Below the pieces are notes generated by a model. It was not told the DNA's origin. It did not search any database and saw only the letters and a list, made by a program, of their open reading frames with translations. A DNA stretch of 64,000 nucleotides from Patescibacteria group bacterium (GTDB lineage Bacteria; Patescibacteriota; Minisyncoccia; RBG-13-40-8-A), in NCBI GenBank assembly GCA_043807255.1, contig JAZDGD010000009.1:29476-93475 (forward strand). The letters are read 5' to 3'. Each line of letters opens with the position of its first letter. Positions within the stretch are counted from its first letter, which is position 1. This document shows positions 28,018-38,268 of the stretch, piece after piece. A program made the position numbers and the translations under genes.

Positions 28018-29097
28018 CTATTCTTCCATATTTAGTGGTCCTTCAATTTCGATTGCCTCAACCTTTTCTTTGCCACTAGTAAGTTTAGCTGTGTCTTTTT
28101 CAATTTTAGCAAACTCCTTATAGGCCTTATTATAAGTACTAACCGTAGTTTGAAGGTGTGAACCCAGTTTAGCAAGAAATTCATTATAATTCAAGAGGTG
28201 CTTCCTTAAAACCTCAACTCTGCCCAAAATCTCCTTTGCCGACTCCTCTATACTTAATGCTCTTAGCCCCTGTAGAACGGTCTGCAAATAAGCATAAAAA
28301 GATGTTGGCGAAACAATAATTACATGTTTTTCTTTAAATGCGTACTCAATTAAGTCATAGGTGCTAACCTTAACTGCGCCAACTTGATTGATTAACAAAT
28401 CATAATAAATTCCCTCCGAAGGAATAAACATAAATGCAAAATCCATCGTCCCTTCTGTGGGTCGAATATACTTTGCAGTTTCTTCGATTCTAACTTTAAG
28501 GTCCTGTTTAAACAATTTTTCGAATTCCCCTTTTTTGGTCTCGTCTTTTTCTTCGACAATACGATTATAATTTTCTAAAGAAAACTTTGAATCAATCGGT
28601 ACAATTTTATCTTTAATAAAAATTACTGCGTCAACTTTATCGCCATTTTTAAATTTATATTGTAATTGATACTGATTAGGCGCAAATACATTTTGTAATA
28701 ATGTTTCCAAAAAATATTCTCCCAAACTTCCTCTTTGCTTAGGATTGGCTAAAATATCAGTTAATTTACCCAATTGATTTTTAACGTCAACCACATGTTG
28801 ATTATCAACATGAATTTTTTCCAATTGCGAAGTAATTTCTTTAATTCGGCTATTTGCGTCTCGAGAAATTCTTCCGCTCTCCTCAAATTGTCTTTGTAAT
28901 GACTCTAAACTCTTGTCTCTTGATTCACTCAATTCTTTTCTAATCTCTTTTAACTCGTCTCTTAGTTCCCTATCAGCATTTCCGCCCTTGTTTTGTTTGA
29001 AAAACAAATAAAAAATCCCTGCAATCAAAATAATTATTATAATATATAAAAAATATGTCATTGATATAATTCTACTACCTAAATATAAATTCCGCAA
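28018..29097 (-). CDS. rmuC: DNA recombination protein RmuC
   Basis: N-terminal TM helix, coiled coil, then an RmuC-like C-terminal domain. Confidence 0.6.
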   Translation of the reverse strand: MRNLYLGSRIISMTYFLYIIIIILIAGIFYLFFKQNKGGNADRELRDELKEIRKELSESRDKSLESLQRQFEESGRISRDANSRIKEITSQLEKIHVDNQHVVDVKNQLGKLTDILANPKQRGSLGEYFLETLLQNVFAPNQYQLQYKFKNGDKVDAVIFIKDKIVPIDSKFSLENYNRIVEEKDETKKGEFEKLFKQDLKVRIEETAKYIRPTEGTMDFAFMFIPSEGIYYDLLINQVGAVKVSTYDLIEYAFKEKHVIIVSPTSFYAYLQTVLQGLRALSIEESAKEILGRVEVLRKHLLNYNEFLAKLGSHLQTTVSTYNKAYKEFAKIEKDTAKLTSGKEKVEAIEIEGPLNMEE

Positions 29098-30028
29098 TTA
29101 AAAATAAAACATAAACACCAATCAAAATCCAGCCCTCTTTTTTGGAAACCTTTCTCCCGCTGGCCAAAAAAATATTAGCCAAAAAAATTGCCAATAACAT
29201 AAATCCCGCACCGATAAAAGTTACATTCAAATTCTCAAGTTTAATTGGACTAATGATTGCTGAGATTCCCAAAATAAATGTTGAATTAACCACAATGCTT
29301 CCAATAATATTCCCCAAACACATCCCCTCGTGTTTCACAATTGCAGATTTTATGCCAAAAACCAATTCCGGCAAAGCGGTTCCCATTGCCACCAAAACTA
29401 TACTTACCAGCGCCAACGGAATATATAATTCTTCGGCAATTAATTTGGCGCATTCAACAACTCCCCACGCAGACAAAATCAAAACCAATACTGCTAATGC
29501 AAAAAAACCAACAACTTTCAATAATTTATGTGAATTATTAATCTCACCTTTAATGTGATGAACTCTGTGTGTAAACGCATCTTTTGACTTTAATAAATGC
29601 CAAGCATACCAACCAAAAATAATCAATAACACAAATCCTTCTGGCCGTGAAAGTTTTTTATCAAGCAACAGAAGCAATGGAATTAAAGAAATAAAAAACA
29701 CAATCCAGGCATCCTTTTTGGCAATCTTGCTTTCAACTTTCAGCCCCCCAGAAACAACTGCGACCAACCCCAAGATAAAAGTTAAATTTATAAAATTCGA
29801 ACCGATAACATTGCCCAAAGAAACAACCGAAAGCCCCTTTATCCCGGAAGTAATGCCCACGACCAATTCTGGCAATGTGGTTGCAAAGGTAACCAAAATA
29901 AAAGCCAAAACAAATTCAGTTAACTTTAAATATTTCGATAATTGTGCTAATGACCTTACCAAATGTGCCCCACTGCGTATTAATATATAGCACAAAACAA
30001 CAAAAATTAAGAGATACAGAATAATCAT
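29075..30028 (-). CDS. Ca2+/Na+ antiporter (CaCA/YrbG family)
   Basis: 317 aa with two internally repeated membrane halves carrying GNVIGSN-type alpha repeats. Confidence 0.6.
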   Translation of the reverse strand: MIILYLLIFVVLCYILIRSGAHLVRSLAQLSKYLKLTEFVLAFILVTFATTLPELVVGITSGIKGLSVVSLGNVIGSNFINLTFILGLVAVVSGGLKVESKIAKKDAWIVFFISLIPLLLLLDKKLSRPEGFVLLIIFGWYAWHLLKSKDAFTHRVHHIKGEINNSHKLLKVVGFFALAVLVLILSAWGVVECAKLIAEELYIPLALVSIVLVAMGTALPELVFGIKSAIVKHEGMCLGNIIGSIVVNSTFILGISAIISPIKLENLNVTFIGAGFMLLAIFLANIFLASGRKVSKKEGWILIGVYVLFLIAEFIFR

Positions 30029-30117
30029 ATCTGTTTACATTTTAACACAAAAAAATCTTTTATTGAATTAAAAAGCGGTCATCCGCAGGATGACCGCTTT
30101 CGTATAATTAATTCTGA

Positions 30118-30780
30118 TTATTTATTAAACAATTTTACCAGCCAACCAAACAAACTAAACCTACTTTCGTTTGTTTTCACAAAATTTTCAATATTCAGTC
30201 TTTCTTGTTCCATGATCTGAATTTGGTTTTGAAGTTCGGTTTTATCTATTTCATCGGTTGTTTGTTCCATTAATCCTGTTAGTTTTTCTAATCTATTTCT
30301 GGTTTGTACCATTTCACTGCGTAATGCTCCGAGATTTTTATAGTTAGAACCGAACAAAAATGTCTTTATTTTGTTTCTTTCCTGAATTGATTCTATCTCG
30401 TCGGCAATTTTTTCCCTAACCTGATTTTGCTCTTGAGCAATAGTTCTCACCTGCGCACCAATTCCATCACCCTGATTGTCTGCAATCCCCTCTAGTTGAT
30501 GAATAAAGGTAGAAACCGTACTGCTGTGTTCTTCAATATTAATTCTTAATTGCTTGGTTTCTTGTACTTGATTCCCGTTTTGTAAAGAATTTTCTTCGCC
30601 CTCATTTTCCTGCCCTTGATTCTGTTCTTGGTTTTGGATGTCTTCTCCTTGGTTTTGTTCTTGATTCTGATTCTGATTTTGCTCAGTATCGCCAGTTTGA
30701 GCATTGTCTGATTTTGCCAAAACAAAACCAGCCAAACCCAAAACCAACACGCACACACAAATTATAGATAAAATTTTCAT
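30118..30780 (-). CDS. Secreted low-complexity Gln/Asn/Glu-rich protein, hypothetical
   Basis: Signal peptide, then QNQNQEQNQGE repeats and a coiled-coil tail. Confidence 0.4.
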   Translation of the reverse strand: MKILSIICVCVLVLGLAGFVLAKSDNAQTGDTEQNQNQNQEQNQGEDIQNQEQNQGQENEGEENSLQNGNQVQETKQLRINIEEHSSTVSTFIHQLEGIADNQGDGIGAQVRTIAQEQNQVREKIADEIESIQERNKIKTFLFGSNYKNLGALRSEMVQTRNRLEKLTGLMEQTTDEIDKTELQNQIQIMEQERLNIENFVKTNESRFSLFGWLVKLFNK

Positions 30781-30885
30781 TTTTTTATATATATTAATTA
30801 TTAATTTATTAATTGTTAGTTAATATACAGTATAGCACACATTTAATGTGGTGCCATGGGAATTCAAGCCCAAGTTTTTTAGAAT

Positions 30886-30916
30886 AAATCTTACGAGGTT
30901 AAACCTCGTAAGATTT
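30886..30916. repeat. REP-like palindrome, copy 1 (aaatcttacgaggttaaacctcgtaagattt)
   Basis: Perfect 14-bp inverted repeat overlapping the transposase stop codon. Confidence 0.7.
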
Positions 30917-31610
30917 ATTCTAATGACAATTCTCTTGCGTCGTTTACTGCCATGTCCTTCAGCCATTTTTCTATATTTTGTTTGTATTTCCCATCTCCAC
31001 CAAACACTCCCAATAAAAATTCTCTATTTGTAATTGAAGGAAAGTTCTTTTTACCTGCGTAATCCAAATAACTAGACCAACGATAATTGCCTAAATATTC
31101 CATCGCTCCGTTATAATTATTTAGTTTTCTTGCTCGCCATTCCGGAAAACTGAGATCTAGTGGATTCAAATGAATATAATATGGAAGGTTTAAGAAATGA
31201 TTTTGTTTGTCGATTAAAATTGATTTATACGTACTCTGAAATAATGTTCCCCTTCTTTTGTATTTTTTATTGAATGACATCGTATAACCGGTTCCTAATT
31301 TTTGCATAAACCTAGAAATACCATTATCTTTTTTCTGTTTCAACAATAAATGATAATGATTTGGCATCAAACAAAATGCTAAAATTTCCACAAGCAATTT
31401 TCTCTCTTTAATCTTGCGAGGTTTAACCTCGTAAGATTCTAGGTCCATAGATTTATAATATATATTTTCTGCGGGTGCCTCATCGTTAAATTCATACAGA
31501 TCGTGAATAAAACGAAGATGGTCCTTGTCGTCTGCAAATATGTTTCTCTGTTCAACTCCGTGATTTAAAACGTGATAAATTTCATTATTTTCAAATTGTG
31601 GTTTTTTCAT
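30915..31610 (-). mobile_element. tnpA: IS200/IS605-type Y1 (HUH) transposase, REP-associated (RAYT-like)
   Basis: N-terminal YHVLNHGVEQRNIF, HUH motif PNHYHLLL, and catalytic Tyr context GTLFQSTYKSILID. Flanked by REP-like palindromes. Confidence 0.6.
31410..31438. repeat. REP-like palindrome, copy 2, inside the transposase CDS in-frame
   Basis: aatcttgcgaggtttaacctcgtaagatt, which encodes SYEVKPRKI. Confidence 0.65.
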
Positions 31611-31640
31611 AATATTTTTATATTATCATAATTAAAATAT

Positions 31641-31667
31641 GTTTACGAGGTTAAACCTCGTAAGATT
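31641..31667. repeat. REP-like palindrome, copy 3
   Basis: gtttacgaggttaaacctcgtaagatta. Confidence 0.7.
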
Positions 31668-31721
31668 AATTGTAACATAAAAATTGATATTTAGATATAA
31701 TTCTGCTATATTTTAACTAAC

Positions 31722-31794
31722 GGCCCCATCGTCTAGTGGCCCAGGACATCAGATTCTCATTCTGAAAACACCGGTTCAACTCCGGTTGGGGCTA
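31722..31794 (+). tRNA. tRNA-Glu (anticodon CTC)
   Basis: Hand-folded cloverleaf: acceptor GGCCCCA/TGGGGCT, anticodon loop TTCTCAT, T-loop TTCAACT. Confidence 0.7.
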
Positions 31795-31800
31795 AAACCA

Positions 31801-31833
31801 AAAATCTTACGAGGTTTAACCTCGTAAGATTTT
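31801..31833. repeat. REP-like palindrome, copy 4
   Basis: aaaatcttacgaggtttaacctcgtaagatttt. Confidence 0.7.
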
Positions 31834-31862
31834 ATAATACAACCGAATAATCAGAATTAAAA

Positions 31863-33152
31863 TTATTTTTTAAGCCAAGTTTTGTCTTGACGGACTAAAA
31901 GCTGTTTTATTTTTTCTGGCTCTGCCATAATTTCCTCTATTATCTTTTCTAGTCTTATTGATTGAGATCCTTTTACAAAAACAATATCTTCTTCTTTTAT
32001 TTCTTTTTGCACAATTAATTTTGCTTCTTCGGATGTTGAAAATTTAAAAATCTTACTTTCATCAAAACCAACGCTCTTTGCTCCTTGTGCAATAAATTCT
32101 GTACTACTTCCAATTGCAAAAATTAGATTTACTGTTTCGCCCGCCTTTTTGCCAAGCTTGATATGTGCTTGTTCTGAATATTTCCCAATCTCCAACATAT
32201 CTCCCAAAATTGCGATTTTTCGTTTATCTGTAAAAACTTTTAAGGCATTAAGTCCTGCCTCCATTGATAGTGGTGCTGCGTTGTAGGAATCATCAATAAT
32301 AACACTATTTTTTATCCCTTTTAATAAATGCATTCTTCCTGGCAAAGGAACAATTTCTTTGATTGCCTGAGAAATCTCTACTAAGTTCATATTAAAAATA
32401 ATTCCTACCGCAGCTCCGGCCAAGGCCGAATATAAATGTTGTGTGCCCAAAACATTAATTAATTTTGCTGGCACACTGCTCCCCTTAAAATCTAATTTAA
32501 AATTAAGCTCACTAACGTTTTCTTTTTCAAACAACAATTTTAATTCATAATTTGTTGCCTTAATATCCGCTTTTTCATTCAATCCAAAGGTCATAACTTT
32601 AGCGTCGATATCATTTTCCATTTTTCTTACTCTTTCGTCGTCGTAATTTAAAATCGCAATTCCATCCTTGTCCAATGTTTTGACTATGGTCTTTTTTTCT
32701 TCAGCAACTTTTTCTGGGCTTTCGAAAAATTCAACATGAACTGGAATATCACCAACCGTAGTGACTACGCCAATTTTATGTTTTACAAAACCAAGCAAGT
32801 ACTTTATGTCTCCCGGTTTATCAGCCCCCATTTCTAAAATTAGGAAATCGGGATAATCAACTTTAACCAAAATCATATACAACATTTTAATAAATTTTGG
32901 AATCCATCTTAAAATTGAATTTCCTCCAGTTTTTAAATTAAAAATCGTTAACGGGACACCAATTTCATTATTATAATTTTTTTCATTCCTTCTGATTCGT
33001 TTTTCGCCAAAATGACTTTTTAAAACAGCATAAATTGCCTCCTTGGTAGAGGTTTTACCTACGCTACCAGTAATCGCAATAACAATTGGCTTATATTTTT
33101 TTAAAGCAATGATTGCTAATCTTTTTAATATTTTTTGTAAAATTTTTATCAT
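31863..33152 (-). CDS. murF: UDP-N-acetylmuramoyl-tripeptide--D-alanyl-D-alanine ligase MurF
   Basis: ITGSVGKTSTKE P-loop and Mur ligase domains. Confidence 0.8.
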   Translation of the reverse strand: MIKILQKILKRLAIIALKKYKPIVIAITGSVGKTSTKEAIYAVLKSHFGEKRIRRNEKNYNNEIGVPLTIFNLKTGGNSILRWIPKFIKMLYMILVKVDYPDFLILEMGADKPGDIKYLLGFVKHKIGVVTTVGDIPVHVEFFESPEKVAEEKKTIVKTLDKDGIAILNYDDERVRKMENDIDAKVMTFGLNEKADIKATNYELKLLFEKENVSELNFKLDFKGSSVPAKLINVLGTQHLYSALAGAAVGIIFNMNLVEISQAIKEIVPLPGRMHLLKGIKNSVIIDDSYNAAPLSMEAGLNALKVFTDKRKIAILGDMLEIGKYSEQAHIKLGKKAGETVNLIFAIGSSTEFIAQGAKSVGFDESKIFKFSTSEEAKLIVQKEIKEEDIVFVKGSQSIRLEKIIEEIMAEPEKIKQLLVRQDKTWLKK

Positions 33153-33153
33153 A

Positions 33154-34869
33154 TTATTCGCTTGGCATTATCTCATAATAATTTAACACATACTTGGCTA
33201 TTTCTCCAAACAATGGTGCTGATGTACTTTCGGCATATTGTGCGCCAACTGGTCTGTCCAATTTCACCAACATTGAAAATTGAGCATTAAAAGCTGGATA
33301 ATAACCAATTACAGAATGAATTGTTTCGTTTTCTAAATATCCTTTTACTGGATCTGGAATTTGAGCAGTCCCAGTCTTTGCAGCAATTTGATATCCTTCG
33401 ACTCCTGCACGTTGTGTGTGACCGTTTTCAACAACACTTACAAGCATTGCAGTTAACCTTGAGGCGGTGTCTTGAGAAATTACACGTCTTATTTCTTTGG
33501 GCCGTGTTTCTTCTTCTTTGTCACCGCGAATGATTTTTTCAACCACGTAGGGTTTCATCATTATGCCATTGTTAGCAATCGCTGCAAATGCGGTTACCAT
33601 TTGAATTGGCGTTACAGCAATGCCCTGACCAAAAGAAATGTTTGCGTAATTGATATCAATATCTTTATTCAAATTTAGAATGCTTCCTTTTACTTCGCCG
33701 TTTAAATCAATGCCCGTTTTCTCTCCGAAGCCAAATTTAATAACATACTCCTTAAACGCACTCTTACCCAGTTCTTGTTGGGCAAAAACAGCTCCTAGGT
33801 TCAGTGATTTTTCCAAAACCTGTGTCATTGTCTGAATTCCCTCTGCGCGCCTCAAGGCGTTTTCAATTATCTTGCCAGACACCTCTATCTTGCCGGTGTC
33901 ATTATAAGTAGTTTGGGGATTAACAACTTTTTTGTCAAGCGCAGCAGCCATGGTTATTGGCTTAAATATTGATCCTGGTTCATATAAACTTTGCACGATT
34001 GGATTTATAAAAACGTTTATATTTTTAACATTTCCGTAATTGTTGGGATTAAATTTTGGATAACTAGCCATGGCAATAATTTTGCCAGTTTGTACTTCCA
34101 TAATTACTACGCTGCCGGATGGAGATTTAAATTTATCAATATATTCTTTTAATTTATTTTCTACAAAAAATTGAACATTGGGATCGATAGTCAAAATTAA
34201 GTCTGCTCCCTCTTCTGGTTGTTCAATTATCTTTTTGCTTATGGGAATTAATTGCCCCTTGCTATCTTTTTCCATTATTGCTGACCCTGCCCTTCCTGAC
34301 AATTCTTGATTATACGCTTCTTCTACTCCATACTGACCCTGATCTGCTTCTCCGCTTGTCTGACGCACAAAACCGATTAAGTGGCAAACTGTTTCATTCG
34401 CAGGAAAATATCTTCTTTGTTCGACTTCGAATTTTATACCCTGCAAATTTAATTCTTTAATCTGTTCAATAATTTCCTCGCTGACCTTATTTTTTAATGG
34501 TTCATAGGGATCATTTTCCTTATAAATTCTTTCTCTAATTTTGTCTGCGTCCATTTCTAATAATGGAGCTAATAATTCTGCCGTTTCTTCTTTCTCTTCG
34601 ATCTCCATGGGAACGGCATAAAGATTGTAAAAATTTTTATTAATTGCTATTGGAGAAAATAAAGAGCGGGAGTTTTTCTCGATATACCGATCTTTAAGAA
34701 AAATTTCCCCCCGCTGAGGATAAATATTTTGATACACCTGTTGTTGGTTTTCGGCCTTCCCTTTATAGGAGCTGTGTTTTAATATTTGAAGATTAAACAA
34801 GCGAAAAACTACACCCGCAAAACAAAAAAATATAACCACGCTTAAAAAATAAAAACGCCAATTTTTCAT
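33154..34869 (-). CDS. ftsI: Penicillin-binding protein 2/3 transpeptidase (FtsI-like)
   Basis: N-terminal TM helix and transpeptidase motifs (S..K context, KTGTA). Confidence 0.8.
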   Translation of the reverse strand: MKNWRFYFLSVVIFFCFAGVVFRLFNLQILKHSSYKGKAENQQQVYQNIYPQRGEIFLKDRYIEKNSRSLFSPIAINKNFYNLYAVPMEIEEKEETAELLAPLLEMDADKIRERIYKENDPYEPLKNKVSEEIIEQIKELNLQGIKFEVEQRRYFPANETVCHLIGFVRQTSGEADQGQYGVEEAYNQELSGRAGSAIMEKDSKGQLIPISKKIIEQPEEGADLILTIDPNVQFFVENKLKEYIDKFKSPSGSVVIMEVQTGKIIAMASYPKFNPNNYGNVKNINVFINPIVQSLYEPGSIFKPITMAAALDKKVVNPQTTYNDTGKIEVSGKIIENALRRAEGIQTMTQVLEKSLNLGAVFAQQELGKSAFKEYVIKFGFGEKTGIDLNGEVKGSILNLNKDIDINYANISFGQGIAVTPIQMVTAFAAIANNGIMMKPYVVEKIIRGDKEEETRPKEIRRVISQDTASRLTAMLVSVVENGHTQRAGVEGYQIAAKTGTAQIPDPVKGYLENETIHSVIGYYPAFNAQFSMLVKLDRPVGAQYAESTSAPLFGEIAKYVLNYYEIMPSE

Positions 34870-34891
34870 AAGAAGTCAGACTTCTTCATAC

Positions 34892-35257
34892 TTATTTAAC
34901 TAGCATTGCACTGGCTCTGGGCAAAGAAACATATTCCGTTCTAGAAACCCTAATCATTTCTAATTGGCCAACTTTTGCTTCTAAAATATTTACCGAATTA
35001 AGGCTGGATATTTCAACTTGCAAATCTTTATTTATTGATTCTAACTCACCTAATTGTTTTGACAAGCTTCTTATTTTATATCCTTTTGCAGCAATACTAT
35101 TTGTTGCAAAAACATACAAAAAACCAAAAACAAATACAAATAAAATCAAAACACAGGCCGTACATTTTCTAGCTTTTATGCGTTGATTAACTTCCGCCCC
35201 ATAGACAGATCGATGAGAGCGAACAACATTTGTATGTACCAATGATGCTACTGTCAT
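34892..35257 (-). CDS. ftsL: Cell division protein FtsL-like
   Basis: 121 aa with a single TM helix and coiled coil. Sits between rsmH and ftsI. Confidence 0.5.
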   Translation of the reverse strand: MTVASLVHTNVVRSHRSVYGAEVNQRIKARKCTACVLILFVFVFGFLYVFATNSIAAKGYKIRSLSKQLGELESINKDLQVEISSLNSVNILEAKVGQLEMIRVSRTEYVSLPRASAMLVK

Positions 35258-35259
35258 AA

Positions 35260-36132
35260 TTATATATACATCGCGGCTCGCAGTTTTGCACTACGGCTAC
35301 GAGAATTAGCAATAAGCTCTGCCTCTCCGGCAGTAATCGGCTTCTTTGTCAGAATTTTTATCTTCCCTTGCTTTTCTAAATCCCTAAAGAACCATTTCAC
35401 TATTCGATCTTCTAATGAGTGAAACGAGATAACCACTACTCTACCCTCTTTGTTTAAAATTTGAAATGCTTGTTCCAGTCCTTTCTTTAAATTTTCCATT
35501 TCATCGTTAACTACAATTCTTAATGCTTGAAAAATTCTCGCTGCTGTACGATCCACCCTATAATGTCCTGCTTTTGAAAAGGGAACGCTTCTTTTTATAA
35601 TCTCAAATAATTGCGAGGTTGTCTGAATTGAACTTAGTCCCCTATGTTGAACAATCCTTTGTACAATTCTTCTGGCAAATCTTTCCTCGCCATAATCTCT
35701 AAAGATCTTAATCAACTCCTCTTCTGGCCAAGTATTGATTATTTCTTGCGCTGTCACCACCTGGCTACTATTAAAAATCATTGTCAGAGGTTCGTCTTTT
35801 TTGTACGAGAATCCCTTCTCGCTTTCATCAAGTTGCCAACTCGATAATCCTAAGTCAAATAAGACGCCATCCACTTTAATAAAATTATTTTCCTCTGCAA
35901 TTATTTTAAGATCTCTAAAGTTTCCGCAAACTAAATTTAATCTTTCTGTGGATTGAATTCTTTTTAATGATTCTGCGTCCACATCAATCCCCAAAATTTT
36001 TCCATCAGGAATTGTTTTTTCTAATATTTTTAAACTGTGCCCTGCCTCACCAACCGTGCAGTCAATAAAATTTTCATTCGGTTGTGGGTTAAGATATTCA
36101 ATTACTTCATTTAAAAGTACTGGTTTATGCAT
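35260..36132 (-). CDS. rsmH: 16S rRNA m4C1402 methyltransferase RsmH (MraW)
   Basis: Full-length similarity to RsmH. Conserved mraZ-rsmH order. Confidence 0.85.
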   Translation of the reverse strand: MHKPVLLNEVIEYLNPQPNENFIDCTVGEAGHSLKILEKTIPDGKILGIDVDAESLKRIQSTERLNLVCGNFRDLKIIAEENNFIKVDGVLFDLGLSSWQLDESEKGFSYKKDEPLTMIFNSSQVVTAQEIINTWPEEELIKIFRDYGEERFARRIVQRIVQHRGLSSIQTTSQLFEIIKRSVPFSKAGHYRVDRTAARIFQALRIVVNDEMENLKKGLEQAFQILNKEGRVVVISFHSLEDRIVKWFFRDLEKQGKIKILTKKPITAGEAELIANSRSRSAKLRAAMYI

Positions 36133-36138
36133 AGGACG

Positions 36139-36570
36139 TTAAACGCCCAAGTTACCTAAGCGTTCGGCAATATTATCAACTTCTTTTTCGCTTTGACTTT
36201 TGAATGCATTCCACTTAATTTCATCCCAAATTTCTAAACGATTATAAACTCCAGCAATCACAACATTCTTTTTAAGTTGAGCGTATTCTTTTAGGTAGTC
36301 GGGAATAAGAACTCTTCCTAGTGTGTCTAGATCAACTTCGCTTGCACCAGCAAGCATTAATCGACTGAATCCCCTGGTGTCGCGTTGACCAATTGGTAAA
36401 TTGCTTAACTTTTCAACTAACTTCTGCCACTCTTTAGACGGATAAATAAAAAGACAGTTATCCAGTCCCCTGGTAATAACCGCCTTAGCACCAAGCTCTT
36501 TCCTGATTTTCGCAGGAATCGCTAATCGCTTTTTGTCGTCTATTATGTGTGTGTATTCGCCAATTAACAT
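36139..36570 (-). CDS. mraZ: Transcriptional regulator MraZ
   Basis: 143 aa with MraZ duplicated motifs. Confidence 0.8.
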   Translation of the reverse strand: MLIGEYTHIIDDKKRLAIPAKIRKELGAKAVITRGLDNCLFIYPSKEWQKLVEKLSNLPIGQRDTRGFSRLMLAGASEVDLDTLGRVLIPDYLKEYAQLKKNVVIAGVYNRLEIWDEIKWNAFKSQSEKEVDNIAERLGNLGV

Positions 36571-36827
36571 TTTGTTTCTTTGTCTTGTTTCGGGGAGTTA
36601 TCCCCCGTTATGATTAGTTATCAACACTTCTATCCACATCTCACCACCTTGATTACATTTTAATCCACAAAAATACACGTGTCAACCCCGCAGCTGCGGG
36701 GTAAATCCCTTGTGGCTAAAATTACAAATTCCCCTCTATGCAAGGGGAATTTTCAATAATCACACAAAAAGTTATGCACAGCTTTTACACTATACTGATT
36801 TTATTAAAATTAATTTGTTAAATAAAA

Positions 36828-36860
36828 TAGCCCTTAACCGCTTCGCGCGATTAAGGGCTT
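36828..36860 (-). terminator. Intrinsic terminator of the GC-rich gene (gcccttaa..ttaagggc followed by TATTTT on the minus strand)
   Basis: 8-bp stem read on the minus strand, followed by a T-rich tract. Confidence 0.5.
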
Positions 36861-36874
36861 CTGAAATTCAGAGA

Positions 36875-37486
36875 CTAGAGATTTGGCTCTTTGGCAGAAG
36901 CGAGGCCGATGCTACTGTCGTCGTTGGAGTCATCCCAGTCGATGATGCGGAGACCGTCCTTGTCGAAGATGCCGAGACTGAAAGAATCGCCATACGAATT
37001 CACATTCGAAGTTCTGACCCAGATGCGTTTAAACAAGCGTTCATTGTTCTCCAGACAATTCAGCATGATGGCATAGGCCATTTGTCGAACCATGGGAACA
37101 ACTTCGTTGGTCTGGAGCAGATGCTGCTGTTTGCCCCAGTTCTTTTTGCGGGAATTGGGAACTTCTGCTTTCCGAATCAGACGCCACTGCGGAGTTTCCT
37201 GCTCCTCGGCCCAGCCGTACGATTCGCAAAAGCCTAAATGCTGGTCGCAGAATAGACCATCCTTCACTCTGCCACGAACATCAAGAAGCGAGATCCCGAA
37301 GTCGGCAATGAGGATATGGTCGTTCTTCGTTGCTTCCAACACCTCTTCGGTAAACGGAATCACCGAAAACGCCTTGGCGATTTCATTGGTCATCGAGACA
37401 TTGAAACGCCGGACGGCTACGTCTACGCCGAGAAGATTACGACCCATGATTTCACGAACAGAATTGAGTTTTAAAAACTTGCTCAC
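36875..37486 (-). CDS. GC-rich hypothetical protein of atypical composition (probable GTG start with SD AAGGAG; alternative ATG at 37447)
   Basis: Region 36880-37480 is far more GC-rich than its flanks. The 203-aa ORF VSKFLKLNSVREIMGRNLLGVDVAVRRF...HILIADFGISLLDVRGRV... has balanced amino-acid composition. Overlapping plus-strand ORFs look spurious. Confidence 0.45.
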   Translation of the reverse strand: MSKFLKLNSVREIMGRNLLGVDVAVRRFNVSMTNEIAKAFSVIPFTEEVLEATKNDHILIADFGISLLDVRGRVKDGLFCDQHLGFCESYGWAEEQETPQWRLIRKAEVPNSRKKNWGKQQHLLQTNEVVPMVRQMAYAIMLNCLENNERLFKRIWVRTSNVNSYGDSFSLGIFDKDGLRIIDWDDSNDDSSIGLASAKEPNL

Positions 37487-37607
37487 TCTAAATCTCCTTT
37501 TAATATAAATTTTATGGCTCTCTCCGACTTTTACGTCGTAGCTCGCCATAATTTCAAAGGACAAATACAATTCATATATACCATATCGCAAAAATCTTGT
37601 CAAATTA

Positions 37608-37648
37608 TTTCTTGTCGCCATTAGAACGCCATGGCGTAATTATGGCGT
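37608..37648. repeat. Nested-palindrome repeat, family B, 3' copy (tttcttgtcgccattagaacgccatggcgtaattatggcg)
   Basis: Inner perfect palindrome acgccatggcgt with an outer cgccat/atggcg stem. Lies 31 nt downstream of the stop codon of 37680..38255. Confidence 0.7.
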
Positions 37649-37679
37649 ATCAATTAATTGAGCAATATTGGCCAACCGA

Positions 37680-38255
37680 CTAATTGATTTTAAATGTTTC
37701 TCTTAACTCTCTATCATCTCCTATTCTGTCGGCCACGATTAATCTAATTTCGTTTTCGGTTAATCCAAAAAAATCTCTCAACAAATCGATTTCATCTTTA
37801 CAATTAAATGGATGGATCCAAACACTTTTTTGAATTAATTGAAATCCCAACTCTTTTAATTTTCCGCGAAAAGCATCTCTATGGGCCTTTTTCAAATGTG
37901 CAATATCAAACATAACCAATCTCCATTTCTTGTCCCATTTTTTCGGTTTACCGATCTTTAATTCGTCTATCTGCATCCAACCAGCTTTTCTCTTGCCTTT
38001 GTCCGTAAGCGAAATATGCATGCCACCTTTTTTGATTTCTATCTTTATCAATCCTTGTTTCTTGAGTTTATAAAAATTGTCTTGCACCTTTTTGTTGCCA
38101 TATCTTTTAAATTGCTTCAATCCCCTCATTAAATTTCGTATAAAATAAGGAGAACTAGCCGCGACGACAACTGCACCAGAAATTAATAGTGCTATCAAAA
38201 TATCTTTAACAATTTCAGATTTTGGTTTTTTAAAATAATATTTATATTTTGTCAT
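37680..38255 (-). CDS. Winged-helix / Cas2-VapD-like fusion protein (paralog 2, with N-terminal TM helix)
   Basis: KKWRLVMFDIAHLKKAHRDAFRGKLKELGFQLIQKSVWIHPFN is Cas2-like. FYKLKKQGLIKIEIKKGGMHISLTDKGKR is wHTH-like. Aligns along its length with paralog 1. Confidence 0.55.
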   Translation of the reverse strand: MTKYKYYFKKPKSEIVKDILIALLISGAVVVAASSPYFIRNLMRGLKQFKRYGNKKVQDNFYKLKKQGLIKIEIKKGGMHISLTDKGKRKAGWMQIDELKIGKPKKWDKKWRLVMFDIAHLKKAHRDAFRGKLKELGFQLIQKSVWIHPFNCKDEIDLLRDFFGLTENEIRLIVADRIGDDRELRETFKIN

Positions 38256-38268
38256 ATTTGTAATTCAC

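Noticed and set aside
36710-37237. Plus-strand 175-aa ORF, and other overlapping ORFs in the GC-rich island.
   Set aside because: Long stop-free frames are expected on both strands of a GC-rich segment. Only the minus-strand frame has an SD, a terminator and a protein-like composition.
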